A DNA stretch of 64,000 nucleotides from Paragordius varius (Eukaryota > Animalia > Nematomorpha). The stretch lies in contig OZ176056.1 of the NCBI GenBank assembly GCA_964247055.1, forward strand, positions 7,688,001 to 7,752,000, given 5' to 3'. Under the pieces are notes generated by a model that was not told where the DNA came from, did no database searches, and saw only the letters and a program-made list of their open reading frames with translations. Positions 39,601 through 53,859 of the stretch are shown here, in pieces (the first letter of the stretch is position 1; each line of letters begins with the position of its first letter). The position numbers and the translations under genes are program-made.

Positions 39601-41326
39601 AAATTAGCATTTTCAGAAAGTTTAAAATCTATGTTGGAACATATGATAATTATAAAACCTCAAGGCCATACAGTTACTAAAATTCAAACCCTTTGCAGTG
39701 AAAAAAATATTTTAATAGAGCGATTAACGCTTAAAATTTAAATTTCATGAGATTTTGTTAAATTAGGACTGAGATCAAACCGTCCAATTTTGGTTCCAAA
39801 ATATTTTCTCTTTAAAAACCCAAAAAATTAGTGTTCGGGAGGAAACATGCCGGGTCGTATGTACAATTTTTTTTAAATCAATTAAAAAACCGATATTTTT
39901 CGTGATATATCTATTTAACATTTGTCACAATAGTAATTTATTGATAGCATCATAGTCTATTATTGATAGATATTATAATTATAGTTTACAATGGGTATTA
40001 CATAAATATTTATAATAGAAACCAAATAAGTATCATTGGATTAAAGATAATGTATATATATTAAAATAGGAGAGGAGATATAATTGAGAGATAAATTTAA
40101 GTGAGAAACGTATCTTTGTAGAGCTGGGTTTTTTCTTTCTTGTAAATATCTAAAAAACAAAAAAATCCCATATTTAACGGGGTTAAAGGTCACTTTTTTT
40201 TAAAAAAAATAAAAAGTGAATGATGGAACAATACATATAATATATATATAGTTTACTCTCTATCGATAAGTATATAATTATAAAGTTGTTTAAATTAGTT
40301 GTTTAAAGTGTTTTTAAGAAATAAAGTCTCTACATAAAATGATTTTCTATGCGGGAGAAAAAATTATAGTAGAGGGGAATTTTGAAAAAAACGTGGTTTA
40401 ATAAAATACCCAAATTGTTACTTAAATATTTACACAATAATATAATAATAAAATAAATACTTTTAAAATAATGTTTAAATAATAATACATAGATAGAGCT
40501 TATATTAAGGTCCGATGTGTGTGTATATATATTTAATAAATTACAATTGATCAGTATCAAAAAGTGGAAAACGAATCTGTGAAATGTACAGTAAAGGTAT
40601 ACGCTGTTAATGGGAATTGGTTCATTTTATAATAAAATGTATCTATCGATTTGATGGGTAAATTTGTCTATCAAAAAATGAGTGTCGCGCTAATAATTAT
40701 CAAAAAAACAGTCAACCAATACTATTAAAATATATATAGAAATGGCTATATACCGGTAATATGTGTTTGGGTATAAACAAAATTAAATATTAAACTTTTT
40801 TTTTGTCATTCCAGGCTAAAACCTCTGCATGGAAGAACAAATCTTCTATCTGTTAAGGACAACAAAAATTGAAAAGTTTTTTAAACAATATAGTAATGGT
40901 ACTAATAATAATGAAAAAAATATTAATACATGGCGATGGTGACCTTGATATATTTTTTGTTTGTACATCTTGTATAATGTTACATTGTTTTTACATACAA
41001 ATATATAAGTGTGATGATTTTTTGTATTATTATTATAATATATGTATAAAGCAAAAAAATTAAGTGGTCAAAATTATTGACTTTAGCGCATATACGCATT
41101 TATACAACAACACAATACGTATGCGGTTTTCGCTTTTATCGTTTTGCAAAGACGTCATTAAGCGACGTTTGTCTCATACGGAAACAATTGATATATTATA
41201 TATCATACGATGAAGGAAATATTTTTTATCGAACGTACGTATAGTTATAGGCTATGATCATGGTGAATACATTTGGTTTAATTCCTTTCCACAAGAAATT
41301 AAACAAAATTTATGCACCAGTTTATC

Positions 41327-44300
41327 TCAAGCACTAAAGAAATCGGCCGTGGCAGCAAAATCATTATATATGTTATAATCCTCCTCACAAGTCGATGTAT
41401 TTAAGAGATGATTATTATTGGAGTTAAAAGTTTGATGCGTTGAATGCGAAAAAGGGACATTGTTTTTCGAGGTATGGCTATTGTGATTAGAAGTAGCCAC
41501 GTTAATTTCATCAGTGCTTGTAGTGCTACCGGCCGAACCTATACCAGAAGTAAAGGAACTTGAAACCGAATTTATTTGAGATGACACGTTTTGGCTATCG
41601 GAAACAATAACTTTATTGTAAGATGAAATGGAGCCTAAGCTCTTCTCAGGACATTTAATTTTGTCTTTGTTTTGTGGAATAAAACTTTTATCATTGTATA
41701 TACCATTAGAGGCATCATAATTATTATTTTGATTATTAAAGTTATTCATATTATAATTGGAGGCATTGGCGCTTAAACCCAAAGAAGCTTTTTGAGTATG
41801 GTTAACGGAGGCATATACCTGATCTATGATATCGTCACCGCCAGAAAAAAGTGCTTCTAAATCGTCGGCAAATTTGCTAATATCCGTTTTGGTTCTTTCC
41901 TTGGAATGCGAACTAAGAGGATTACTAGTTGGATCTAACGTTGATGATATCCATTCATTGTTTTTGTTAACATTGTCCGCTTTTGGATGAAAATTTTGAC
42001 CATTCTCTTTAACACCATTATGATTTTTCTATGATAAAAATATAGATATGCCCATATTAATCCATAAAAAGTAGTAATTTAATCGAAATATAAAATTTTA
42101 TTATAAGAAATTTCTACAAAATAGTAAATATAAAATACTTTAGATCTCTGTAATATGGTCTGATTTCCATCTAATTTTTCCATAGATGGCCTAGTTCCAT
42201 CTGTTTCGTATGTACCCAATTTTGAATTGAAAAATGCATCTTTGGTCCTAACAGTAATATTTGGAATATGTGAATAGTTGGCATTAGGGATAGTGTTATC
42301 CACATTTGGTCTATGTTCAAGCTTTTGCATATGATTATAATAATTTGCTGTATTAAGTTGCGTTTCCATTGTTGTGTGTGGAGACGTTACGGTCGTTGTG
42401 GCTAAGGAAGAAACGCCATTCCTAACTAACATATCCATTTTCACCAAATGATTTTCTTCCAAAAGAGTATCAGTGGTTCCAAAATTGTGTTTCTTAAGTC
42501 CTCCTCCCTTGTGATGAGCATTTAGCGCACAGTTATATGGCGACGGTGTAGATGCAAATTGATTATGTCGTGATAGGTTTTGCTGTGAGGCTTTATGATG
42601 AACCCATGATGTGTTTGAAGAAGTGGAGGTATTAAAATTCTCTGCACGAGGAATTGATTTGGTATTTAGTTTCTTTGAATATGATTCCGATGCGGTTGAG
42701 GAATATGTGTCCATTGATGGATTTATAGAATTTCCGATGCTCACACCTAATATATCCTGGAATACATCTTCCGATGAAATTAAATCTTGAGTTATTTGGT
42801 AAGTGTCTAAGAATGCTTGAATATTGTTACTATTAGTGTTGTTGTTGGACAATGAAACATTGTTACCATAATTACATGTACCAGCTGAAGAATTGACACT
42901 TTGTGTGTTTGATGGCGTGCATAATCCCTGCATGGTTGATGATATGGACCCATTAAATTGTCCGTTTTGATTTGTATTTCGTACATGGCAATTATTGCCG
43001 GGTACGGTATGATTTAAACTATGGTTATTTTGCAACATAGAACGACCATCATTTGAGATAAAAATGTTGGGTTGATCCAACATAGAATGTAATATATTTT
43101 GATGCGCAACTCGAGCAGATGAATTAGGGGTTATGGGGGAGACTTTGCGACGTTTTAGATTAATCTGGTTAGGTAAAATTGGTGGCAAATCGTTAACAGT
43201 CGACGACCGATATACATTATTGCATTCATTGAAGTTAGCCAGGCTTGTATTAATTGAAGTAGATAAGGGTGTGGAGATCATAGAATTCAAGTTAGAATGG
43301 GTATTGTATTTTCGTTTTTTATTGCTGGTAAGACTTTTGAGAGATGTAGTGCTACCTAAATCACCCAATTTTTGATTTTTCAACAACTGACGATACTTTC
43401 TACGGGTTGAAGTTTTAGCCTCAGTAGTAGCAATGATATTTCCGTTCGTATTTGTTTGGGCATTTTGTATAAAACTTTTTAGATGGGTGTCATCTGAATT
43501 TGTATTTTGTCCTACCATATCAATTTTGGAGCTATTTGATAAAACAGTGGAAGATGTAGTTGTATAAAGATGCATAGATGATTTATTCGAATTCAAAAAA
43601 TTATGATGATTTGGGTGATGACTATTATTTGCATTATGCATATTTTGGGTATAAAAATTTGAGGGTGTGCTTTTATTTCCGCTATAGGAAGTTGAGGAAT
43701 GGCAATAAAAACCGCCCATAAATGAACCGGTTTTTGGAGCCATTTCCGATTTTCCCATAAGCGGAGGATACGTTCTTTGATGTGATAATTGCGGTCGTCC
43801 CTGATATTCATACGGTAAATTTTGATTGAGATTATATTCATAGGGGGATGATTTAACATAGTTTGGTAAACTTGATGTATATTGTACGCTATTGTCTGTC
43901 CACAATCCATTTTTAGCACAGGATACGACACTAATATTATGATTATTATTATAGTTTGGTGTGAAATTAACCAAATGCTGAGCAGACGATTGATAAACCC
44001 CATTTGGTTTTGATGTAAAACAAGAACCATTTTTAAAACTATTGTATGGCAGAGATGATGGGGTTGTCATAGAATTATTATACAAGTTATTTGGATTATT
44101 TGTATATAAATCGATATTTGAACTTGAGTGTAGTTCAAGATGACCCATTTTACCCATATTTGTTTTGTTGGGGCTTTCATAAAAACTTTGAATTGGTTGG
44201 TTTTGGTATTGGGTGGATACTGTGGTATTATTATATAAATTTTTAGGGTGATTTGATTCAAGAAAGGTCATATTGCCGCTAGAATTATTTGCTACATAGC

Positions 44301-47300
44301 CATGATCGTATTGTTGATAATTTTTATTGCTATTCACCGATGCCATGTATGTGTGATAAGGATCGGTGCTTGGTTTGTTCACACAATATTGGTTAGATTG
44401 ATTTTGTTGCCCAGTTATTGAGTAATTTTTATTAAAATTAGAGTTAACATAATTATTGTAGGAAATAGTTTCACCCAAAATAGTTTTTTTGGCGGATGTC
44501 ATCGTCACCATTGGGTCCGAGGAATGATGGAAAGAAGAGTATGGAACATTTTTATCCCCCACTAAAACAGAATTTGAAGCGGAATTATAATATTGCACAT
44601 TATTTCCATTTATTTGTGGATTATTAACATTGTTGTAGGGATCATAGTGCATTTTGTTACTATTAGTGTTATTAAAGGGCATTTTATCGTTGTTCAATTT
44701 GAGCGGCGTGTTGTTTGATGTTTTGTCAACAACCATATCATGAAAAACATTTTGTGCGTTAGTGTTTGAATTGATATAAGATTGTGACGTTTTTTCATTA
44801 GGTGTTAACGATGGCTAAATAAAAATTATAATATATAATATTTATATGTATATAATAAAATGATAGATAGGTGATGTAAAAAGCGTTTTGTTTGTCTGTT
44901 TATTTACTTAGGTGAGTCTATCGTTAAATTCGGAGGGTACAAGTAAGTGATAATATCTTTAAAATCAAGACTTTTTCAATAATTAACAATCATATATGTT
45001 TAAATGGCAGATTTCATATGATATACAATTAATTAAGAAGTGAAAAAAATAAAATATAATATACATTTCGTTTACTAATTTTCATAAAACATGAAAAAAA
45101 AATCTTTTTATTTTCATATGAATAATAAGGGAAGAAAAAACTAGTAGCGCAATGCCAGGCTATACGGTTATTATTTAACACAAAATTTTTTATATACTAT
45201 ATAATATTGAAATATTTAATTTTAACCAACAAATACTATTAAATCTAACTTACATATCAGCAGTTCTTTTGCTATTAAAAGAAAAACACGGCCATAGTGC
45301 GTTATAGAAATTTTAAAAATCATCTCATATGTATGATCAGTTATCATCACTTTGTCCGCAATAGATATTATTAAATATGATATGAATTAAAATATAAATA
45401 TTTCTTTAAACAATACTGCGGTATTGCATTATAATAAGTTATGTTTTAGAGAAATTTAAAATTCTCTAAAATTGAAGTGGTTATTATGAGGAATGACTTT
45501 TATATTAGTGTGCGAGTGTATGTCTGAGTACTGGCCTTAGTTAAAATCGATAAAAAAACATACAAAGTTTAAAATAACAACAAATTTATATATATACTGT
45601 TATGCAAAGATCTTTACTAATGACATTTCACCTAAAATAAAAATTATTTTAAAAAACAGTTTATTATCTCAAATCCATGTAGATTATTTAATTCTTATAA
45701 AAAAGGTTTTTAAACTATATGTAATATGGTGGTTCTATTATGCACATCATGAGAAGAGTATACATGTAAAGTAGTAACCAGTTAACAAATCAATAAATTA
45801 ATAATATATACTCTCAATAATAATAATTCTAATAATTATTATTGCTAAATTTATAAAATAAGCGAAGGAGAACAGAACAGAGCACTCTTCTTTTGCTTCA
45901 TCATATTAATTTATACTTTTAAGTAATGAATAAATGATATAAGGATAATATAGAATAAAATCCCTTTTGGTTTATACATATACATGTTTTAAAAAATTTT
46001 AACAACAAAAACCATATTTGTAAATCATAAGGATTATACGATTGTAAAAAATTTAATTTGTAAAAAATATAAAGTTCACTTTCATATTTGTTTTATTCAA
46101 ATATATTTAATTCCTAGAGCATTATAATGAATTGATTTTAAATATTAGTTCCATAAAATTAATTTGGCAAAATATAATTAAATAATGTATAATCAATAAA
46201 TCAACCCAAAAATATGAAAATGGCGCAAATATCAAGTTAATAGAGTTAAAATTAAAACAAACGAATATGTGTTCAAATTTTACTGTCAAAAAACGTGATA
46301 ATCAATTATAACTTTAAATAAAAAATTATAAACACGTGATCGAAGACTATTTTTAAGAATATTAATTTTGGCTGATATACATCAGTAAACAAATAAAAAC
46401 TAACAACCATTTCATATAACAAAAAATGGGTTGAATTAGAATTCGTCAGTATTAATATATCAATTAACGTATATAATTGTCAGATAAATATATCTTGATA
46501 TACATAAAGGGTGCCCCAAAATTTTCTTTATGAATAATAAATAAAACTAGCAAACGTTAAAATAAATTATAAGGTTCATTATTTTTAGTTTAAAAACAAA
46601 AAGTATGCGATATATTATGAAACGTTTCGTCAATGGTTATCGCAGACGAGAGTTTCGTGCATGTTACAGTAAACAGAAATATTTTTGGTTTCAAAAAATC
46701 TTTTGATCGGTGATCAAAAAAACAATTTAAAATGTATGGAAAGTAAGATCTTTAAGGCTAACCAAAAATTTTGGGCGCTCTACAGATATAAAAATTTAAA
46801 AGACCATAACAGCCAATAATATTTCTGTTTAGCATTCATAAGTACGACACAATTAATTGAAATTCGTTTTTTTTCTATATAAACTGTCGGTTTTTTAAGG
46901 GTACTTATAGTGTTTATAAAAAAATGATTATGTTGGGTTTTATTAGTATCTATTGTTATACATACATTTCTCACGTTTAAGCCATAAAACACGGTAGCCC
47001 AACAAATTAATTATTTATATTAACATATTATAAACCAGCTCTTATGAAAAAACGAAATGCGCAATTAATAATCCCCACCAATCTCATAATCTTTGCAAAT
47101 AAATTCAAATAAAATAATAAACCTATAAAAGAAAATGACGTAAAAACTGCACGGAAATGAATGTGAAATGTTTGCGGAGGTGTCGCAAAATTTTACTTTT
47201 ATTCATTTATAACAAAAATCATACATATATATTATAAAATTTTTAAATTATACTGCAAAGTAATGTATGGTGTTTAACAAAATATGGCTCTAATTAAATA

Positions 47301-47704
47301 TTTATAACCATACCTTTAAACGTTAACCTTTTTTTCATTTGTGGACAGACTAAATTAAACACCATACGCTAATGTAAAACAAAATAGAAATTAATGAAGT
47401 CAACACTTTATACAACATTAGTTAGTTAGTGCATATTCTTTCCCACACAATATATTCATCATGCCTGCAAAGAAAAGTATTGATTTTTTTGGATGATATC
47501 AAAAAAAGTTATTGTTTGTTATATGTCCTGGGATTGTGCGACTGACCACTTATTTATTACAAAGCTACAAGTTATCTTAAAGGTTTAATTTAAAAATCTC
47601 ATGATAAATGGTTATTCAGTTAAAACATTTAACATTAACCGAATGCGGGCATATACAATAATAGAACATTATTTACTCTATTAAACTTTTAACTTTATAC
47701 ATGT

Positions 47705-47773
<69 letters not shown>

Positions 47774-50700
47774 ATATCAAAAAAATATTATTCAAAATAA
47801 AAATTTGTATATACCTTAAGATTTAAACCAAACACAGTTTTAAATTTGACTTCTGTCGCATTCTGTGGTTCAAATAAAAAACGACACAATATTTCGATAA
47901 TAAATCTCTTAATGATACTTTTAAATCTTGACAAAATAATTTATAGGTTTAAAAACTAATTTTACATAGGGTTTATTTAAGATGCAAAAAAAGAATGGAA
48001 GGTTTTATAGCAAAAAAAACGTTTTTCCGTTGATTTAGGGAGATTAGACAACTAGGAGTTCATAATATTATAATAATGAAACAAAGTATAGTATGAATAA
48101 CTATTATTGGTTAAAAGAATCTTTAAATTGGTGAGCAAGGTTAATATTTGATGATTCTAGCTCAAATGTATGTTAAAACATTTATTTTTTCCTCATTCGA
48201 CAATTTAAAGACCTTTATAATCAATATTAATGCTTTTTACTGCAATAAACCTATACCCAAAAAGGACATTGAACTCAATGGGGGTACTCTCGCCTTTTTT
48301 TTCTAAATAAATCTCTAACATATCCTCTAAAATTACATAACAGTAAATAATTATAATACGTTAAGTTGCTTTTAATAATAACAAACAACGTTATATGACA
48401 AAATAATGTCTTTATCTATTATGTTTCTACTGGTAAAATATTCGTCTTTGAAAAAAACAAAACCAGTAAAAACTGGCCATACATTTTAACAAGATTTTTT
48501 TTAAAAAATTTGAAATGAAATTATTCATTAATAAGAAAAAATTTCTTATAAATCAGGGTTTTTTTCTCAAAATCAAAAACGCCACAATTTTTAGAAAATC
48601 ATGTTAGCATATTTATTCGGCGTTTTTTTCAATAATATGATAAGTTATCCATGCGAGGTCATTTAAACTAAATAATATGTATGTACAGTAACGTATGTAT
48701 GTATTAACTCCTGTCTATAAGGGATAAATAAATATTATGCTAAAGTATATAAATTAATTGTTAAATATAACCATTGATTGTTTTAAACCATACCTTGCTG
48801 CTATATGTATGCCCTTATATTAGTGATATAAATTTATTTTTGCTCCCTACATTATTCCCGACATTAATACGAAATAAATAAATAAAAAGTATTCAATCAC
48901 ACATTAATTAATAAAAATTTCCATAAAGTATTATACAAAAAGTTTCATTGGTCTCTAATTAGGGTCACCACCAATTTTAAAATCATATCCAGTCAAAAAT
49001 GTTAAAATCAAAAAAATATTGGTGAATATAAAAAAAAGTTAAGTTAAAATTTGAATAGTAAAAACTTTTTTTGGTTTAATTTAACGTAATTGTCTCAAAC
49101 AACAACAAACTGTTAAACTTTTTCCAAAATGAACTTTATATTTATACTTATTATTATGATTGCATTTTTGGACAAAAACAGACAAAGTAAAAACAAAACA
49201 ATCGGAAAAATGTAAAATGCTAAATATTAGTAAGTAAGTGTTTTTTTAAGATTTTTATTATGTGGGTGCCTCGGGACAAACAGTTTTGTAATAGTACGCC
49301 CACAATGTTTTAATACATAAATTTTATGAAAAAAAAAAGAAAAAAATAATTTGCCAGAAAAAATAAACCAGTATAAATAGAAGATGTGGTAAAAAATCTT
49401 GTGCAAAAACAACACAGGAAGAATTAAATAAATTAGAGATATTGACTCCCGTTTTTTCTTTGATCTTTTGTGGCCTTTTAACTTTTCTTTATTTGCGCAA
49501 TAATTGAGAGTTTTTATATATGTATGTAAAAATATATCAAAATTTGTATATTAGTATATAAAATCAATAAAAAGTGTTACAAGTGAAAATGTTGCGTGAT
49601 ATACTAAAGACAACTGTAAAGTTGTGAGAACTAAACAAAACCATAATTCAATTAGATAAAATAAGAGATTTAGGAGTCTTTTTAGTTTTTCAGACAATTA
49701 AAATGTATGATAGAGTAAATCTGAAACCACCGTTAATCTAAAATGTTACAGGAAAGCGGTAAACATGACCATTTTTCATATGAAAAAAATTGTAAATCTT
49801 ACCCTAATTTTTGTTGGTTACTAATTAGGTTTGCTTTTGGAACTTTTTAACAATATAAAAATAAAATGTCCGTATTTTATATTGACCTTTAAAGCCCTTC
49901 AAAATAATTAAGGGAGATCGTGATAGAGACTTTATGGTTACAAAATCGATAAAATTAGAAATAGATCAAATAAAAAATCTAAATTTAACAAAAAATAAAG
50001 GATTAGTTGATCATGTTGATTCCGATATTATTCAGTTTCATTAAATTTATTAGAGCAACTATAAATATTAGCGTTAAAATTTATAAAAGAATTAAATTTG
50101 ATATTACAGGCAAAACCAATCATATATAATTTTTTTTAAACTAAAATATACATTTATATAGTAGTGTTAAGGAAAAAGTCGTAAGCAAGTGACGTAAAAA
50201 TAATTATTATAATTATGTAATAATTATTTATAATTAAATCATCATCTAAAAAAAATAAACAAAATCAAACAATTTGGCAATAATCCAAACTATAAAAAAA
50301 TGGATATTAGTAATTACGCAAACGTTTCATAAAAAAATATAAATACTATAACCTTCAATCGCAAAAAATAGGTTTGAAATTTTTGAATGGTTATTTACAT
50401 AAGTGGTTAAAAGTGAAAAAATTCTTATCCAGTTCACCCAAATTTATTCGGTATCCTTAAAAAATAAATCTTTGATCTCTAAACACATAACTCTGATTAA
50501 ATAGACGTAATATATTTACCGTAAAACTTGAAATTATACAGACAAAACGTATAAACCAAACGACAAATATTTTTAAGCAACCATATGTTTAAATCTTAAT
50601 TTTTTATAAAATTAACCCATGGGGATAATTAATTGGTATTAAAAATTACATATTTAAAATTGTAATTATATAGCTTATGTAGCAAAACCTAAGATCAAAA

Positions 50701-52746
50701 AAATATATTATCTTATTAAAAAATATTTGTCGTTTAGTTTTTACGTTTGGTCTGCATGGTTTCAATTTTTACATTACTGGGCTAAGAATAAATTTTCTGC
50801 CTTTTACTTTTTTTATCTACACTAAAAGAAGCAAACCAATTTATCAAAGGTTACACTAGCGTATCGTTTAAAAAACTATTGGTTGCAATAAAAACGAACA
50901 TTTTACCCTATTTTTAACACTAATTTTATTGTATATTTATGGACAAAATATTGTTAATCTACACAAAGTAGGTTCACACCATACCGTATAAATAACTAAA
51001 TAAAAAATAAATGCCTAAAATTTAACATGTACATATCATTCTATAGAGGACTATAGCAGACTAAGTATATGAACTCAAAATATCATGAATTCCCTTTACC
51101 TCTTATCTCCTATTTCCTTCATCAGGTTAACAAAAAAATTATTCATTCCTTACACACATTATGATAAAAATATACCTTTTGAAACCACTATATAAAAAAA
51201 TATGTTAGGGGATATTAGTTTTAATACTAATAGTATAAATAACGAGTTAATTTATACCTGAAATTTAACAATTATACATTTCAATATATGTGGAAAGACA
51301 CTTAGGCATGGCGTATCATAAAAACGCAATAGCTGTTTTAGAAATATTTAGTAAAAACAATGAATAGTATAAAAATAAATATTTTTTTTGAAATAAAAAT
51401 AAAAATCATACAATCAAAAGTGATAATATGAATGATTAGAATGTAGTGACGTTAAAATTTAAATAAATTAAATTAACCTGTCTTCCTTTTTTAAAAAAAA
51501 CTTTAATTAGTAATTCCAACTAGACTACCCAATCATTCATCATAAAAATACTTATATATAATAATAGCGTTTTCCCTTTAACTTTCTGAAAGTTAATTAA
51601 CTTAAAAATAACTAAAATTTAATATCAATTGATTTTAGTTGGTCTGCTTACATATACAAACAATACAAAAGAAGTGTAAGGTATGTAGAGTTAGGGGTAT
51701 ATTACATAGGACAATATATAATTCGCAAAAAATATAAGGTATAGAATTTTAACATTACATTTAAAGGGGAACAAGGGAACAGATGTCATTTTGATAACAT
51801 AATATTATTATTCAAAAATTATAAATATAAAAACAGTCAATACAGGCCTTTTTAAAATTGTTCAGAGTTTGAATATATATATATGCTATAAACAAAATTA
51901 TTGTTAAAATTAATTCCCAACCATATAAGTAAGAGGCTAATTTGTTTACTGTTTCCACAACATGAAAAGGGATTTTTTTCCAACAAGTTACCAGTTTCAA
52001 ATTAAATTAGATTGAAATATTTTTTAAGTTTTTTTCCATTAAAAGATCACTATAGGTTTGGTCATTAAAAAGTTGATCATATATATAAATTTATATATGT
52101 ATATATATACATATATATCAGGTTTCAAGTCAGGTAGGAAAAACACACATTGTGTGCTAACAATGTATAAAAATATTAGATTTATATTACCTTTAACTAA
52201 CTACAAACTAAAAGTAACTAACTAAATAACTAAATATAAAAAAAATTATGACAATATTATTATAATAGTAAGTAAGTATAATATAAAGTATTTTTTCATA
52301 AGGTAAATTAAATCAAAAATATATTATTAAATGCACCTATATATATCTACCTTGACATATTTATATTTATATATAAAAAAATATTTATAAAAATTAGGAG
52401 TTATGATAAAATAATAATGAAAGAAGTATTGCTTAATTGTTGTAAAAGATTGAATGTGTTAATTAAAACAATACATTATGATAAATATGTATTCCTACAA
52501 AATTTTAAGCTTTTCATATTTATTGTTTTTTATACAAAGTAAAGAAAGTACCGTAATGCCAGATATTCCATGTGCAGATATTTGGAGTGATTTTTTATGG
52601 TCTACATTTTCGCTATATATTTGATATAATTTGGAATTTTCCATTTGACTCTTTTGATTTACCGATTTGAAATATTGTTCCTGGCGTATGTTACACGCTT
52701 CATGGTGCTTCCTGTACGAATTCAATCTATTGCTTGTGTATTCCAT
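41327..52746 (-). CDS. mam: Mastermind-like Notch transcriptional co-activator (~1190 aa); exons 52746-52552, 44814-42139, 42028-41327
   Basis: Exon 1 (MEYTSNRLNSYRKHHEACNIRQEQYFKSVNQKSQMENSKLYQIYSE) aligns without gaps, from memory of the family, to the MamL-1 helix: MAML1 MERLRRRIELCRRHHSTCEARYE and Drosophila Mam [42 protein letters not shown]. Donor ACG|GTACTT (52551), acceptor TTTAG|CCA (44815), donor AAA|GTATTT (42138) and acceptor CATAG|AAA (42029) are all phase 0. The remainder is a low-complexity N/S/H-rich region with acidic patches (KFADDLEALFSGGDDIIDQV; EEDYNIYNDFAATADFFSA*), as expected of Mam activation domains. Confidence 0.8.
46505..46782. mobile_element. Tc1/mariner-like MITE in mam intron 1
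   Basis: TAAAGGGTGCCCCAAAATTT mirrored imperfectly by AAATTTTGGGCGCTCTA. Confidence 0.4.
46968..49630. promoter_or_regulatory. Three CSL/Su(H)-consensus sites (YGTGRGAA) in mam intron 1
   Basis: TTCTCACG 46968-46975, TTCCCACA 47440-47447, TGTGAGAA 49623-49630. Motif match only. Confidence 0.3.
47707..47764. repeat. (TA)n microsatellite (longest seen); others at ~2822, 4276, 8772, 9410, 9851-9902, 26286, 31858, 34535, 56282, 61884 and 62288
   Basis: Read directly from the sequence. Confidence 0.95.
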
Positions 52747-53340
52747 AATTTATGATTATATATTATGTAGCATTCATAATTAAATTTGGATAATGAATCC
52801 TCAAAATTTGAATAATGCCGATAAGTATTAAAAAGTTTCCCATATGTTAGAATAGTATCATAAAGTGGTATAAAAACATAATAAGAACATATAAATAAAT
52901 TTGTTTAATGGAGATAATAAAAAATTTTTATAAAATAAAAATTAATCTAGAGATTCCCATTTAATATATTGTAGAAATTCTATTTGATCTATAGTACCAA
53001 AATTAGAAATTAAGTGAGATGCGGTGGCATTTTTTTACTTACTATAGTTTATTCCCAGAGCGAGTTAATATTTGAATATATTATAAAGTATTTATATTAT
53101 TAAGCAAAAATTACTGCTTTATTTATTCTTATAAGCGCATTATAATCTTTTTTTTTAAAATGTAAAAATGTTAAAAATCCTCGTCTCAAGCTTTTTTGCT
53201 GCTTTCTACAATTTTTTAAAAGCGCTAATGCAACAGAATTATGTATATGATATAAAATGTAATTGCTTTTGAGATTCTTTCAGGCTGCATTTCACCAGCA
53301 AAAACTTGATATTTAGTTTTAATATCAGCTGTTTATTTAA

Positions 53341-53859
53341 CACTTTGTTTCGAATTGGGGTATCTAAACACCCTTGACTAGATTTAAATTAAATGTTTAA
53401 TTCTACTGAAGGAAACGGTCCCAATTTATATTTGTGTTTGCCTAATAAAAATTATATAAATAAGCGAACCTATCTAAATAAAATTTCGTTTTGAAAAAAA
53501 GTTCCATTTCGACGCCATATTTTACAAAATTTTTGCAAATCGTGTTCATTTAATTTTAAAGGTAACATTAAAGCTAATTTTTATTTAAATTATATCAACA
53601 TTGATAGAAATAGGAAACGTAGTTTATTTTGTATTATTTTCCAATTTAGCCGATGCATACAGGTTACAGTGACCAAATTTTTATTGCGTTTTACATTTAA
53701 ATGATATCAAGTATTTTTAAATATAAATCATCATAATTTCGATTTATTAATGTTATTGCAAAATTTTGCCTTAGTCCGATTCCTTCCATATTTTTTAATG
53801 TAGTTACAAAAAGCCTGGGATATCCGACTACCCCAAATTGTATCGAAGGACAACAAGTG
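53341..53859. mobile_element. TTAA-flanked MITE, copy 4 (inside a family H element)
   Basis: TTAA|CACTT...AAGTG|TTAA with both target copies intact. Confidence 0.85.
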
